A stretch of DNA of 32,000 bases from Candidatus Saccharimonadota bacterium (GCA_016699205.1 CP064964.1:690001-722000), one strand, 5' to 3'. Positions 10,201 to 16,963 are shown, counted from the stretch's first letter. Notes: generated by a model from the letters alone, not told the origin. Made by a program: numbers and translations.

Positions 10201-10889
10201 CAAATATTAATGGGGCTTCGATTATGGCGGACGGACCCATCTTGGCAAATGCGTTTGATATTGCTGAATTTTATTCCGTTACAGGTACGGCTGATGCGGG
10301 GGACGTGCTTGTTCTTGATGCATCAAGCACAGCTACTGTTAAGCAGAGCGGCGGTGTTGCCTATGATTCCAAGGTCATCGGTGTTGTCTCTACCGCTCCG
10401 GGATTTGTTCTAGGCTGGTCTGGTGGAACGCGCGTTGCCCTTGCTGGTCGAGTGCCAGTAAAAGTTTCGATGAACAATGGACCGATTCAAGTTGGGGACG
10501 CATTGGTTTCATCGGATGTTCCTGGATATGCCATGAAGGCCACGCGGCCAGGAATGGTGCTTGGCTATGCGCTGGAAAGCGCGTCTGCGACCGGAACGGC
10601 TGAGTTGTTTGTTAATGTAGGTTATTGGGCTGGCATGGCTCTTGCGTCAGATGGATCGATACAGGTTGATGATAGCGGTAATGTATCTGTGATGAATGAT
10701 CTTCATGTTGGAGGAAGATTGTTTCCGAGTTTGCGAGGAGGGGGAATACAAAATCAGTGGTATTTGTTTGTGAATGCCGATGATCCTACCTCGACTTATA
10801 TTTCCACAAATGCCGATGGTTTCCAGAGCATGGATACCTATGACTTTGCCGAACGTTATTATTCACCGGATGAGCTTGGAACCAGGTGA
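4242..10889 (+). CDS. Giant secreted fibre/propeller protein, main part. It is interrupted by a 1-nt frameshift at ~10872 and continues in 10873..11745.
   Basis: ATG at 4242 (the ORF track starts at an upstream TTG, 4230). Signal peptide MPRSLRPFLIALTLLLGGLFLSSSAVLA/AP. T/S/N/G-rich segments are punctuated 7 times by C-L-x-x-G-x-x-C-P. Seven 40-aa blades (consensus core FDG[ST][HY]MWV, flanked by N-V-S-K-I-D-I-T-T-N-T-V-V-A in the central blades) lie at 8310-9140. The C-terminal cassette homologous to 2260-4065 starts at ~10151. Confidence 0.85.
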   Translation: MPRSLRPFLIALTLLLGGLFLSSSAVLAAPQINNQINYQARLMDSSGFPVADGNYSVYLSLYDASTAGTRLWTATGTLATPTPLTVNVQNGLFTVLLGDTSAAGGSQNTLDTVNWNSDQLYLGVTINADAEMSPRKRFASAPQAFNARQLQGMYASSTASGGQTLFTLNQTQNDAATGTRSTLDVRSNGTSNSNDFLIRGINDANAVVFSINRQGSVTSTNVFVSGLTSSTNLNANIASFATATVAGQGICLSNGLFCSTGSVAEADTLQTVSNRGSFTTTTLTLFGGLTASNITATGTLNVTGVSTLAGVTFTNATATSVTSTNVFGVNGAFTNLTVDSLGVVGITWTNATGTNTTSTNLFASNLLFSNAAGGTLLATTVSTTNLTVTGQLVCLADGTNCPSGTSPNLQTVTNAGNTTTNAIQFAGGTSTGSFVFNATATVSGTLVSLSVTTTDLFANNAFFATATVSGQAVCLANGVGCPIGTVLNDTLQSVTARGSFTTTTAQFFGGFVAASSSVTGTLNVAGSANLLQNAYVGTSTYSGGLNSLFAADGNDLFVAGSIGSVSSIYTNGSFVAGSSSTIYADGSITKTNGILEIQAFSSLTGDYGDLGLRAGDGIVGLEDGGAAFMTAGDGASGGDGGWAQVFAGNSGTSSGDLAGTAALVGGSGVGLGDGGDVLLQSGGANNGVAGDIQLNAGSDSTGFDQSGSIYLRPGISSAASSLNDAATFVMIQDANNTDITAQLRFGELAGSNDDFVGFRAANTLASSTIWILPQFTGASGTVIATDGNNQLYFSSVCLTDGTNCPASSGLDTLQSVTARGSFTTTTAQFFGGFVAASSSVTGTFVVVGSTSLRNVDFTTATGTSVTTTNLFATLGGFTTATATNANINILSAATGTVSNLNFRNATGTFLFASTGTFATVTSSFLYANTANFATATVSGVGICLSNGVGCPASGSSNDTLQSVTARGSFTTTTAQFFGGFVAASSSVTGTFAVAGTSTLLRDVYVGTSTYDVFLNSDFVLDGNDLFAADNIGSVSSIFSNGMLVTGETGPTLFGDGFINQTDGALVISADSAFLTQPSISIIAGDVTSGLAGDVNILAGNGLGGNPAGNIYLTPGDSLGQPGHLYLNAAGTSNQPQFRFESIGGGMVSLEAPNTANTENFVLPFADGASSTVIGTNGFGGLTFVSVCLTDGTNCPASSGVADLNWTFNLAGDFARNATATTDIAIGSSTLGNAPFVFLNNTTTSRFLIGQNSSTGAGADLVIGATTASGMNTAFQLTGDDLFVAGNIGSASSVYTNGAFIAGPGSTHYGNGYINKNDGSLTLSASLGIVASSRLDARYLNRWFLSPLLKTAVNGGKSVRVPVGNSPTNAAFDGSHMWVVNAASNNVSKIDITTNTVVATTTVGTNPVDIAFDGTYMWVVNQSFGNVSKIDITTNTVVATTTVGAGPNAVAFDGTHMWVANTGSNNVSKIDITTNTVVATTTVGTGPSGIAFDGTHMWVANTTSANANKIEIVSNTVVATTTVGTGALGIAFDGSHMWVANQTQDTISKIDITANTVVATMTGTSPNSLAFDGTHMWVTKGIAADVIKIDVNTNAAVVVTSTNGVAANGIAFDGTHMWVTNGGNNNVIKLPVGGGNGADMNFGVNLVPTSNDTFDLGTSALEFRNGFFSGTVSTTNVTVGGFNVCLSNGTNCPASGTETLLTVSNRGALATSTLTLFGGFVAASSSVTGTLSVGGALNVTGTVNILLPSTSTPFYIDAPAPTDFELSQLLSISTTGSEGFLIGNFNLFGSVNATLLNFTKDLNDPVNAAGSRISYYNEFNQMSFGVNASGSNATVLELTDNDAMLNGFGAEAAMTIRKYTDTRTSSMIHLWNLGSNSGEVTVNVGSSDPNDVVNAQIGSIYFRQNSTASGTQAYLNKGSATSWYGIATLDMLPSSSTFSQTRTFLANRTTSTLAEPSNFTMTIGYSSATTFGGLCIDDTFSGTGCPTTNINGASIMADGPILANAFDIAEFYSVTGTADAGDVLVLDASSTATVKQSGGVAYDSKVIGVVSTAPGFVLGWSGGTRVALAGRVPVKVSMNNGPIQVGDALVSSDVPGYAMKATRPGMVLGYALESASATGTAELFVNVGYWAGMALASDGSIQVDDSGNVSVMNDLHVGGRLFPSLRGGGIQNQWYLFVNADDPTSTYISTNADGFQSMDTYDFAERYYSPDELGTR
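8394..8806 (+). repeat. In-frame 120-bp-period tandem repeat (propeller blades) with a perfectly identical 53-bp core
   Basis: aacgtttccaagattgatattacgaccaataccgttgttgcgacgacgacggt occurs identically at 8394-8446, 8514-8566 and 8634-8686. A 26-bp sub-core (aataccgttgttgcgacgacgacggt) recurs at 8781-8806, with a degenerate copy at ~8901. Confidence 0.95.
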
Positions 10890-11745
10890 TTTGGTCGTTG
10901 TCTCTGATCATGGCCGCACCCATGTACAGCGCTCGTTGAATGAAGATGATATGTTGCTCGGTATTGTATCGACACGCCCGGCATTTATTGCGGGACGTCC
11001 GGCGACATCGACGTATCCTATTGCTCTTTCTGGCCGTGTTCCGACCAAGGTTTCCAGCATGAACGGCGCGATTAAGGCTGGTGATCCGTTGGCTCCGACA
11101 TCGATTCCGGGTGTCGCGGCTAAGGCGGTCCGTTCTGGTCCTGTTGTCGGTTTGGCGCTTGAGGATTTTGATGGTGCGGAGATCAGCAAGATTGAAGTGT
11201 TTGTGAATCCGAATTATTGGGTGAATGAGCAGGAAGTCGCGGAGCAAGAGGATCCAGAGGTCTCTTCTGAGATCGTTGTCAGCCAGGGTAAGCAGGGATT
11301 TGCGACGATTAGCGCAGGCGCCAAGAAGGTTCGTATCGAGTTCCCGACACTTAACGCCTATCCGAATGTGCAAGTTACGCCGCGTGGGTCTACGGGCGGG
11401 GCTTGGTGGACGGATGGATATTCTGACTCGGGTTTTGAGATCATTATGCAAGAAACCCAGGATCATGACGTCGTGTTTGCCTGGCGCGTAGAAGCTACGA
11501 CGGGAAGGGATGTTATGCGAATGTCGGACGGTACGTATGCGACGGTTGATCCGTTAACCGGTATGCCGACCGATTGGGTTACGACGAGTACCGAACCGAT
11601 CGTAGATGAGCCGGAGCCACCTGCATCGCCGACCACGACCGAGCCGATCATCGAAACTCCCGAGGAAATGCCAGAAGTAGAGGAAGAATTTATCTCTGAG
11701 GGAGAAATACCTGTTGTTAGCCCCACATCGACAGAGGCTTCTTAG
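10873..11745 (+). CDS. C-terminal continuation of the giant protein in the +1 frame: second D-F-A-E-R-Y module, lectin-like terminal domain and acidic/Pro/Thr tail.
   Basis: ORF track 10774..11745. Only the part from 10873 (SLEPGDLVVVSDHGRTHVQRS...) is collinear with protein 1 (SLEPGDVVIVSDSGRMHVQRS...). The two DNA stretches 3286-3450 and 10955-11120 are highly similar by eye. The first 33 codons of the listed ORF are out-of-frame overlap. Confidence 0.8.
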   Translation, partial: SLEPGDLVVVSDHGRTHVQRSLNEDDMLLGIVSTRPAFIAGRPATSTYPIALSGRVPTKVSSMNGAIKAGDPLAPTSIPGVAAKAVRSGPVVGLALEDFDGAEISKIEVFVNPNYWVNEQEVAEQEDPEVSSEIVVSQGKQGFATISAGAKKVRIEFPTLNAYPNVQVTPRGSTGGAWWTDGYSDSGFEIIMQETQDHDVVFAWRVEATTGRDVMRMSDGTYATVDPLTGMPTDWVTTSTEPIVDEPEPPASPTTTEPIIETPEEMPEVEEEFISEGEIPVVSPTSTEAS

Positions 11746-11826
11746 CTGCGTGAGCGTGCTATACTTGTTGAACATTATGCACATGCGTATTACACGTGTG
11801 TTATACTCCAATCCAAATAGCACATT

Positions 11827-14298
11827 ATGAGCACTATTTTTTCTCGTTTCGAAGGCTCGCCTAGCGCGAGCAACCCGGAGCCCCTTAAATCAATGCCGGG
11901 TGTTTCAAAAGTTCTTAATACGATCATCGACGTTTGTCTTCATGGCGCCGTCTTTTTGATCCCGTTGTTTTTTAGCTCGCTTACGATCGACGTACTTGAG
12001 TTGAACAAGCAGACCATCCTCGTCATTTTGGCGACGGTAGCCGGTGTGGCTTGGTTGGGTAAGGCTTTGGCCGACAAGCAGTTTACGATTGTCCGAAGCT
12101 GGATTCACTTGGTAGCCGTCCTCTTTGGTCTTGGTTACCTGCTCGTCTCCCTTCTTTCCGGTGACCGCTATCTCTCGATGGTTGGTACGCTTGGACAGAT
12201 GCCGTGGGCTTTTTCTACGGTTGCAGCTTTGGTGGTGTTTTACGTCGTTTCCGTTCACCGCATCCGCCAGACCTCGCAGGTTTACGACTTTGTTTTCAGC
12301 TTCCTGCTTAGCTCGCTTATCGCTGGTGTTTACGGATTGCTGCAGATGTTCGGTATCTTCTTGATTCCGGTCGCTGCTTCCCAGGTAAAGACCTTTACGA
12401 GCGTTGGTAGCGTCTTCAGCTTTGCCGTTTACATGACGATTCCGCTTATCATTGCTTCTAGCCTTGCTTTCCATGGCTGCCGAAACAATGTCTGCTTGCT
12501 CGGCTCTCAGAAAATGAGCGGGCAGGTTGCTCGTGGAATGGTATGGGCCACGATCGCTGTTTCCTTGATCTCTTTGATCATTGTCGACTACTGGGTCGCT
12601 TGGGCTGCATTGCTTTTTGGAACCTTGCTCACGGTTGTTATCGGCTACTTGCGTACGCGTCAGATTGGTTCTCCGGCCAAGCTCGCTATTCCGGGTGTCT
12701 TGATCGCGGTTTCGGTTTTGCTCTTGTTCTTCCGCACGCCGATCAACTTGAACTTGCCGTCTGAAGTCTCGCCGTCCGCCATGGCTTCCATGAACATTGC
12801 CAAGGAGGCGTTGCGTGAGATGCCGGTGTTTGGTTCTGGTCCGGGTACGTGGATTTACGACTATGCCAAGTATCGCGTACAGATGGTGAACCTTTCACCG
12901 TTCTGGAATGTCCGCTTTGATCGTGGTTTCTCGTTCTTCCTTACCTTGCTCGCTACGACGGGTATCGTTGGTGCCGCCCTTTGGCTCCTCCTTATCATCT
13001 CGGCCATCGTAAAGAGCGCTGGTCACTTGATGAGCGAGCGTAATGATGATGTTTGGTATGCCTACCTTATCGTCTTCACGGGTTGGTTGACCTTGGTGTT
13101 TGTTTCCTTCTTCTACAACTACAACATGGCGCATGTGTTTGCGCTGTGGCTCTTGTTCTCCTTGCTTGGTTCGTTGGTTGGCCGCAACACGATGACTTGG
13201 GATGCACGTAAGAGCACGTATGCTTACGGTATTCTCTCGGTCGTGTTCGTGGTCGCTTTGATCGGCGGTATCTCGGTCACTTGGATCTCTGGTCAGCGCT
13301 ATGTTGCGGATGCTGCATTCACGGGTGCTGTGAATGACTTCCGCGCCGGAAAGCCAGTGGATGAGATCATCGTCAAGATTCAGAAGGCGAGCTCGCTTAA
13401 CCCGATGCTCGACATGTACATGCGTAACTTGTCGCAGGCTCACTTGATCAAGGCGGCTAACTTGATTCAGGCTGGTGCGTCTGCAGAACAGGTTCCGGCC
13501 ATTCAGAATGAAATCAAGATGGCTGTCGACATGGGTTTGAACGCCACCAAGCTTGCCCCGGCAAACGTCGACAACTGGTCTAACCTCGGTTTGATCTACC
13601 AGAGTGTCGCGAGCTTTACCCGTGGTGCTGATGAATTTGCGATCAAGAACTACGAGGAAGCTACGATGCGTGAACCGCAGAACCCGGTCTTCTTGAACGA
13701 AGTCGGTAAGCTTTACTTGCTCCGCTCGGATGCCTATCGCACACAGTTGAATGCTGGTGATGCTGCCGCCCGCGCCGAGACTCAGAAGAACGTGAATGAC
13801 AACTTGGCTCTTGGCGAGCAGAAGCTTAAGGCTGCTATTGCAGCCAAGCCTGACTATCTTCCAGCCCGCTATCACCTCGGTATTGTTTACGAGCGCCAGG
13901 GACGCGTGAAGGATGCGATCACGGAGCTTGAGAATGTCTTGCGTATCAACAATAAGGATCTCGGAGTCGCTTTTGAACTCTCGATTCTTTACTACCGCAA
14001 CAATCAAAAGAACGAATCGCTTGAGCTCATGCAGCAAGTCTCGACGATCGAACCTTCCAACGTGAATGCCCGCTGGTATCTCTCGGCAATGCTCGAGGAA
14101 CGCGGCCAGTATCAGGATGCTTTGAATCAGATCAAGCCGTTGGCAGAACAGTATCCGGGTAATGCCGCGATCCAGCAGCGTTTGAACGCTTTGACGACAG
14201 CCGTCAACGCCAACTTGCGCCCGGAGACGCGTAACTTGCCAGAGCCGATCCGTGAAGAAATCAACAGCCAGTCCGACATCAACCCGGTTCGTCAGTAA
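11827..14298 (+). CDS. Polytopic membrane protein with a Wzy_C/O-antigen-ligase-like core fused to C-terminal TPR repeats
   Basis: An 823-aa ORF with about 12 hydrophobic segments. The loop GSGPGTWIYDYAKY...RFDRGFSFFLTLLATTGIVGAALWLLLI resembles the Wzy_C family by eye. The C-terminal ~330 aa have TPR-like A/Y/L periodicity (ARYHLGIVYERQGRVKDAITELENVLRIN...). Confidence 0.6.
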   Translation: MSTIFSRFEGSPSASNPEPLKSMPGVSKVLNTIIDVCLHGAVFLIPLFFSSLTIDVLELNKQTILVILATVAGVAWLGKALADKQFTIVRSWIHLVAVLFGLGYLLVSLLSGDRYLSMVGTLGQMPWAFSTVAALVVFYVVSVHRIRQTSQVYDFVFSFLLSSLIAGVYGLLQMFGIFLIPVAASQVKTFTSVGSVFSFAVYMTIPLIIASSLAFHGCRNNVCLLGSQKMSGQVARGMVWATIAVSLISLIIVDYWVAWAALLFGTLLTVVIGYLRTRQIGSPAKLAIPGVLIAVSVLLLFFRTPINLNLPSEVSPSAMASMNIAKEALREMPVFGSGPGTWIYDYAKYRVQMVNLSPFWNVRFDRGFSFFLTLLATTGIVGAALWLLLIISAIVKSAGHLMSERNDDVWYAYLIVFTGWLTLVFVSFFYNYNMAHVFALWLLFSLLGSLVGRNTMTWDARKSTYAYGILSVVFVVALIGGISVTWISGQRYVADAAFTGAVNDFRAGKPVDEIIVKIQKASSLNPMLDMYMRNLSQAHLIKAANLIQAGASAEQVPAIQNEIKMAVDMGLNATKLAPANVDNWSNLGLIYQSVASFTRGADEFAIKNYEEATMREPQNPVFLNEVGKLYLLRSDAYRTQLNAGDAAARAETQKNVNDNLALGEQKLKAAIAAKPDYLPARYHLGIVYERQGRVKDAITELENVLRINNKDLGVAFELSILYYRNNQKNESLELMQQVSTIEPSNVNARWYLSAMLEERGQYQDALNQIKPLAEQYPGNAAIQQRLNALTTAVNANLRPETRNLPEPIREEINSQSDINPVRQ

Positions 14299-14306
14299 AA
14301 AAAACC

Positions 14307-15086
14307 ATGTTTGACCCCCGCAATCTTCTCAAGCGCCTCAATCGCTTGATTGAATCCTTCGTTCCCGAATCGTGGACGCAGGGCGGGCATGAGCAACGCC
14401 GGCCGTCTCCGCAGGAGATGCGCCGGCTTCTGCTTTCCGAAGCGAAAACAATCAGCAAGCTTCTTGACTCCGCTTTTAGCGGACATGGTTCTTTGTTGAA
14501 AGAGTTGATTGAGGATTTATCTAAAAAGCCAGACGGAATACTTGCAGAACGTTGGGACGTTGTTTGTCAGGAGCTCCTTTCAGTTAGACGAGCACTTTAT
14601 CGCCTCATTTTGGCCCGTCAGAGTCGTTCTGAATTGTTAAATGAGTGGAATGACTGGGAGAGGCATGCGCAAGTTTCTAAGGGCGATAAAAGTCTCGTAC
14701 GTTTTGAGCGGCAAGAAATGCTCGCTTCGGAATTACGTTTGAGAGGCATCGAGTTGCCTCGAGCTACCTCACTCAAGGAAGAAAACGAGTCTGCACCAAC
14801 TCCAGTTGCGAGCGTTGAAATTTCAACGGTATCTGTTGAACCTCCTATCGTTGAAAAAGATGAAGCCGTGAGTTTGGCGGATGATTGGGAGCCGATGTGG
14901 CTTTCGCAGGCTGATGAGGCAGCGGATTTTTGGGAGAGCGTGGTTACAGGTGCAGATGCTCCGCATTTGTCTGCTGGGCAATCGATGCGTTTGGCAAAAG
15001 GATTCCGGATGGCACAAGGGAATCGTAAGCAGGCAGATCGGGTACGGGGGATTCGTCGTTATCGACTTTCCGCGTTTGGTGCCTAG
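14307..15086 (+). CDS. Hypothetical protein (259 aa, charged/helical, no recognised domain)
   Basis: A long ORF starting 8 nt after the upstream stop, on the same strand. Its composition is typical of a real protein, but no motif was recognised. Confidence 0.5.
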   Translation: MFDPRNLLKRLNRLIESFVPESWTQGGHEQRRPSPQEMRRLLLSEAKTISKLLDSAFSGHGSLLKELIEDLSKKPDGILAERWDVVCQELLSVRRALYRLILARQSRSELLNEWNDWERHAQVSKGDKSLVRFERQEMLASELRLRGIELPRATSLKEENESAPTPVASVEISTVSVEPPIVEKDEAVSLADDWEPMWLSQADEAADFWESVVTGADAPHLSAGQSMRLAKGFRMAQGNRKQADRVRGIRRYRLSAFGA

Positions 15087-15170
15087 GGATTGACGGAAGG
15101 AGCGCGTTTTGGCATTATTTTCCTGCTCCTGGGCCCGTATCGTTATCACGATCCGGTCCCTCGTCACTCG

Positions 15171-15199
15171 GTAACAAGAAGATTACTTCTTGTTACACT
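15171..15199 (+). promoter_or_regulatory. Possible tRNA-Ala promoter (GTAACA-N17-TACACT) embedded in a perfect 11-bp-stem inverted repeat
   Basis: GTAACAAGAAG-ATTA-CTTCTTGTTAC spans 15171-15196. The -10-like TACACT at 15194-15199 ends 9 nt before the tRNA 5' end. Confidence 0.25.
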
Positions 15200-15208
15200 C
15201 GTTTCCTC

Positions 15209-15284
15209 GGGCCCTTAGCTCAGCTGGTAGAGCGCTTCCATGGCATGGAAGAGGTCAACGGTTCGATCCCGTTAGGGTCCACCA
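15209..15284 (+). tRNA. tRNA-Ala (anticodon GGC), CCA encoded
   Basis: Hand-folded cloverleaf. The acceptor GGGCCCT/AGGGTCC contains the G3:U70 alanine identity pair. D arm GCTC-AGCTGGTA-GAGC. Anticodon arm CTTCC-ATGGCAT-GGAAG (U33, GGC, A37). T arm AACGG-TTCGATC-CCGTT. Discriminator A followed by CCA. Confidence 0.93.
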
Positions 15285-15285
15285 C

Positions 15286-15323
15286 ACAAAACTCCCACCG
15301 AAAGGTGGGAGTTTTGTTGTTTT
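15286..15323. terminator. Bidirectional intrinsic terminator between convergent units
   Basis: ACAAAACTCCCACC-GAAA-GGTGGGAGTTTTGT is followed by TGTTTT on the + strand and preceded by an A-run (a U-run on the - strand). It sits between the tRNA 3' end and the stop of the 15322..15633 gene. Confidence 0.8.
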
Positions 15324-15633
15324 AGTGTTTTGACATGGCTTCTTTTAGCTCTTCTTCGGAGGCTTCAGGGCCACTCAGAATTGGGATGTTTTGGTTTTTC
15401 CAATAGGGGAGCGTGTTCAATGTTTTTCGGGCGAGGCGAGTCGCAAGATCGAGGTCGACCGTAACGGGTAGTCCCGAGAAATAAGTGACGTTTTGTTTGA
15501 AGATTTCTTCTGGGCTTTTCACTTTTCCGTGCAGGATGTCATAGCCGCAGATCCAGCCATCTTTGGTTTTCAGACCGACGTCACCGGAATAGGAAACGCT
15601 GATCGGTAAGCCGCAGGTGATGCAGATGTCCAT
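15322..15633 (-). CDS. Small hypothetical protein (103 aa), last gene of the arsR operon
   Basis: The ORF starts 6 nt after the upstream SRPBCC stop and ends at the terminator. No recognised domain. Confidence 0.5.
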   Translation of the reverse strand: MDICITCGLPISVSYSGDVGLKTKDGWICGYDILHGKVKSPEEIFKQNVTYFSGLPVTVDLDLATRLARKTLNTLPYWKNQNIPILSGPEASEEELKEAMSKH

Positions 15634-15639
15634 GGGACG

Positions 15640-16116
15640 CTACAGAATTGCCTCCATCTTATCGAGCGATTGCATCCAACCAGCGCTTGTTTGTTCCTGC
15701 ATATCGCCCTCTGGCAGGCCTTCATGCGTAAGGGTCATTTTTGTCTTACCGTCCATATCTTCCAGCTTGATCGTCACAATACCTTCACCCCAGTCGCCAC
15801 CGCTCATTCCGTAGGCTGATGCTGGGACGACATTTCCTTCTGCGTCTGAGAAGTTATCCGTGTAAACGAGTTTTTCCAGTGGAATAATTTCCTTCAATTC
15901 TCCGGTGGTCCAGAAATCGCCGATCTTACCGTCTGGTCCTGCGCCACGCATACACCAGTGATATTTACCTCCAACTTTGAAATCCATTTTGATAATAGGT
16001 GCCGTGAAATCCTTTGGACCCCACCATTTTTTGAGCATCTCGACATCGGTCCAGGCTTTCCAAACGAGTTCACGCGGGGCATCAAAAATGCGGGTTATGA
16101 CGAGCGGTTTAGCCAT
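15640..16116 (-). CDS. SRPBCC superfamily protein (AHSA1/Aha1-like START-fold domain)
   Basis: The N-terminus ITRIFDAPRELVWKAWTDVEMLKKWWGPKDFT and overall length (158 aa) are typical of Aha1-domain SRPBCC proteins, which are commonly encoded next to ArsR regulators. Confidence 0.8.
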   Translation of the reverse strand: MAKPLVITRIFDAPRELVWKAWTDVEMLKKWWGPKDFTAPIIKMDFKVGGKYHWCMRGAGPDGKIGDFWTTGELKEIIPLEKLVYTDNFSDAEGNVVPASAYGMSGGDWGEGIVTIKLEDMDGKTKMTLTHEGLPEGDMQEQTSAGWMQSLDKMEAIL

Positions 16117-16155
16117 ATGTTTTTTGTTGCTAGGATCAAGAATTATTGAATGAGA

Positions 16156-16567
16156 TTAGGAGCATTCCAAGTATTCTCCGAGGTGCTTAAGCATCAAGCC
16201 CCAGCCCTCGCGCTGTTGTTCTGCGCTGTTCTCGTCTTCCAGAGTGAGTGTAAGTGAGACCTTGGTTTTACCGCCTTCATCACTGAGAACAATCGTGACA
16301 GGTCGGCCATCTGCGATGGTGTAGACGATGCGTTCTGGCTCAACGAGCTCGTTGTAGACACCCTCAAAATCAAAGTCGTTTTTTCCATCAGGGGATTTGA
16401 AGCCGATTTTGAATTTTCCACCGTTGCGTGCATCGGACTCGGCATAAGGCGTAGTCCGATTCATCGGCGTGATGCCAATGAACCAGGTCTTTTGGATCGA
16501 GCATCGCCTTGTAGACGCGTTCGCGCGGAGCATGGATGACGCGTTCAATGAGAATGGTTTGGGGCAT
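16156..16567 (-). pseudogene. Second SRPBCC/AHSA1-like gene, split by a 1-nt frameshift near an A4/T4 run (~16490-16493)
   Basis: ATG at 16567 gives MPQTILIERVIHAPRERVYKAMLDPKDLVHW..., a canonical family N-terminus that runs to a stop at 16388. The rest of the domain (..ITPMNRTTPYAESDARNGGKFKIGFKSPDGK...QQREGWGLMLKHLGEYL) is in the ORF-track frame 16156..16548. Removing one A from GATCCAAAAGACC fuses them. Confidence 0.7.
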
Positions 16568-16568
16568 A

Positions 16569-16922
16569 TTATTTTTTGCGAGAGGAGACGTAGTTCTTTT
16601 GTTCCTTAAGTAAATAAGCTTCTAATCGGTCAAAGCGATCATTCCAGATGCGTTCGTAGTCCTGGAGATGATGTGTTGCCTGCAGAATGGTTGTTGGTGC
16701 GAGCTGTACGACCTGCTGTTTGCCGCGACGATGCTTGAGAATAAGTTTGGCTTTCTCTAGTACGCCGAGATGCTTGGAAATTGCGGCAAATGTCAGGTCG
16801 TATGCTTTGGCGATCTCACCGATGGATAGCTCTTTTTTGGCGACTCGACGCAAAATATCCCGTCGCGTTGGATCGGCGAGAGAGCTGAAGATCGAGTCGA
16901 GTAGGAGAGCTTGTTCAACCAT
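16569..16922 (-). CDS. ArsR/SmtB-family winged-helix transcriptional regulator
   Basis: LADPTRRDILRRVAKKELSIGEIAKAYDLTFAAISKHLGVLEKAKLI matches the ArsR HTH signature. The stop lies 1 nt before the next ATG, suggesting a coupled operon. Confidence 0.85.
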   Translation of the reverse strand: MVEQALLLDSIFSSLADPTRRDILRRVAKKELSIGEIAKAYDLTFAAISKHLGVLEKAKLILKHRRGKQQVVQLAPTTILQATHHLQDYERIWNDRFDRLEAYLLKEQKNYVSSRKK

Positions 16923-16949
16923 GTAGTTGAATGATAGTAAAGCGAGGAG

Positions 16950-16959
16950 ATGACGTCAT
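16950..16959. promoter_or_regulatory. Perfect 10-bp palindrome ATGACGTCAT upstream of arsR (candidate operator)
   Basis: The palindrome lies 28-37 nt upstream of the arsR ATG, between the upstream terminator and the gene. ArsR-family repressors usually bind inverted repeats in their own promoters. Confidence 0.35.
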
Positions 16960-16963
16960 AGGT

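Noticed and set aside
10774-10872. ATG-initiated N-terminus (MPMILPRLIFPQMPMVSRAWIPMTLPNVIIHRM) of the 323-aa ORF as an independent gene start
   Set aside because: This stretch overlaps the upstream reading frame, which encodes the conserved ..YISTNADGFQSMDTYDFAERYY module there. Homology to the paralogue begins only at 10873, so the ORF is a frameshifted continuation rather than a separate gene.
12895-14037. 380-aa minus-strand ORF
   Set aside because: It lies entirely antisense to the Wzy_C/TPR gene, whose TM segments and TPR periodicity are convincing. The antisense translation is Arg/His/Val/Asp-rich with no motif. The same applies to the other antisense ORFs in 4422-11726 and 22963-24941.
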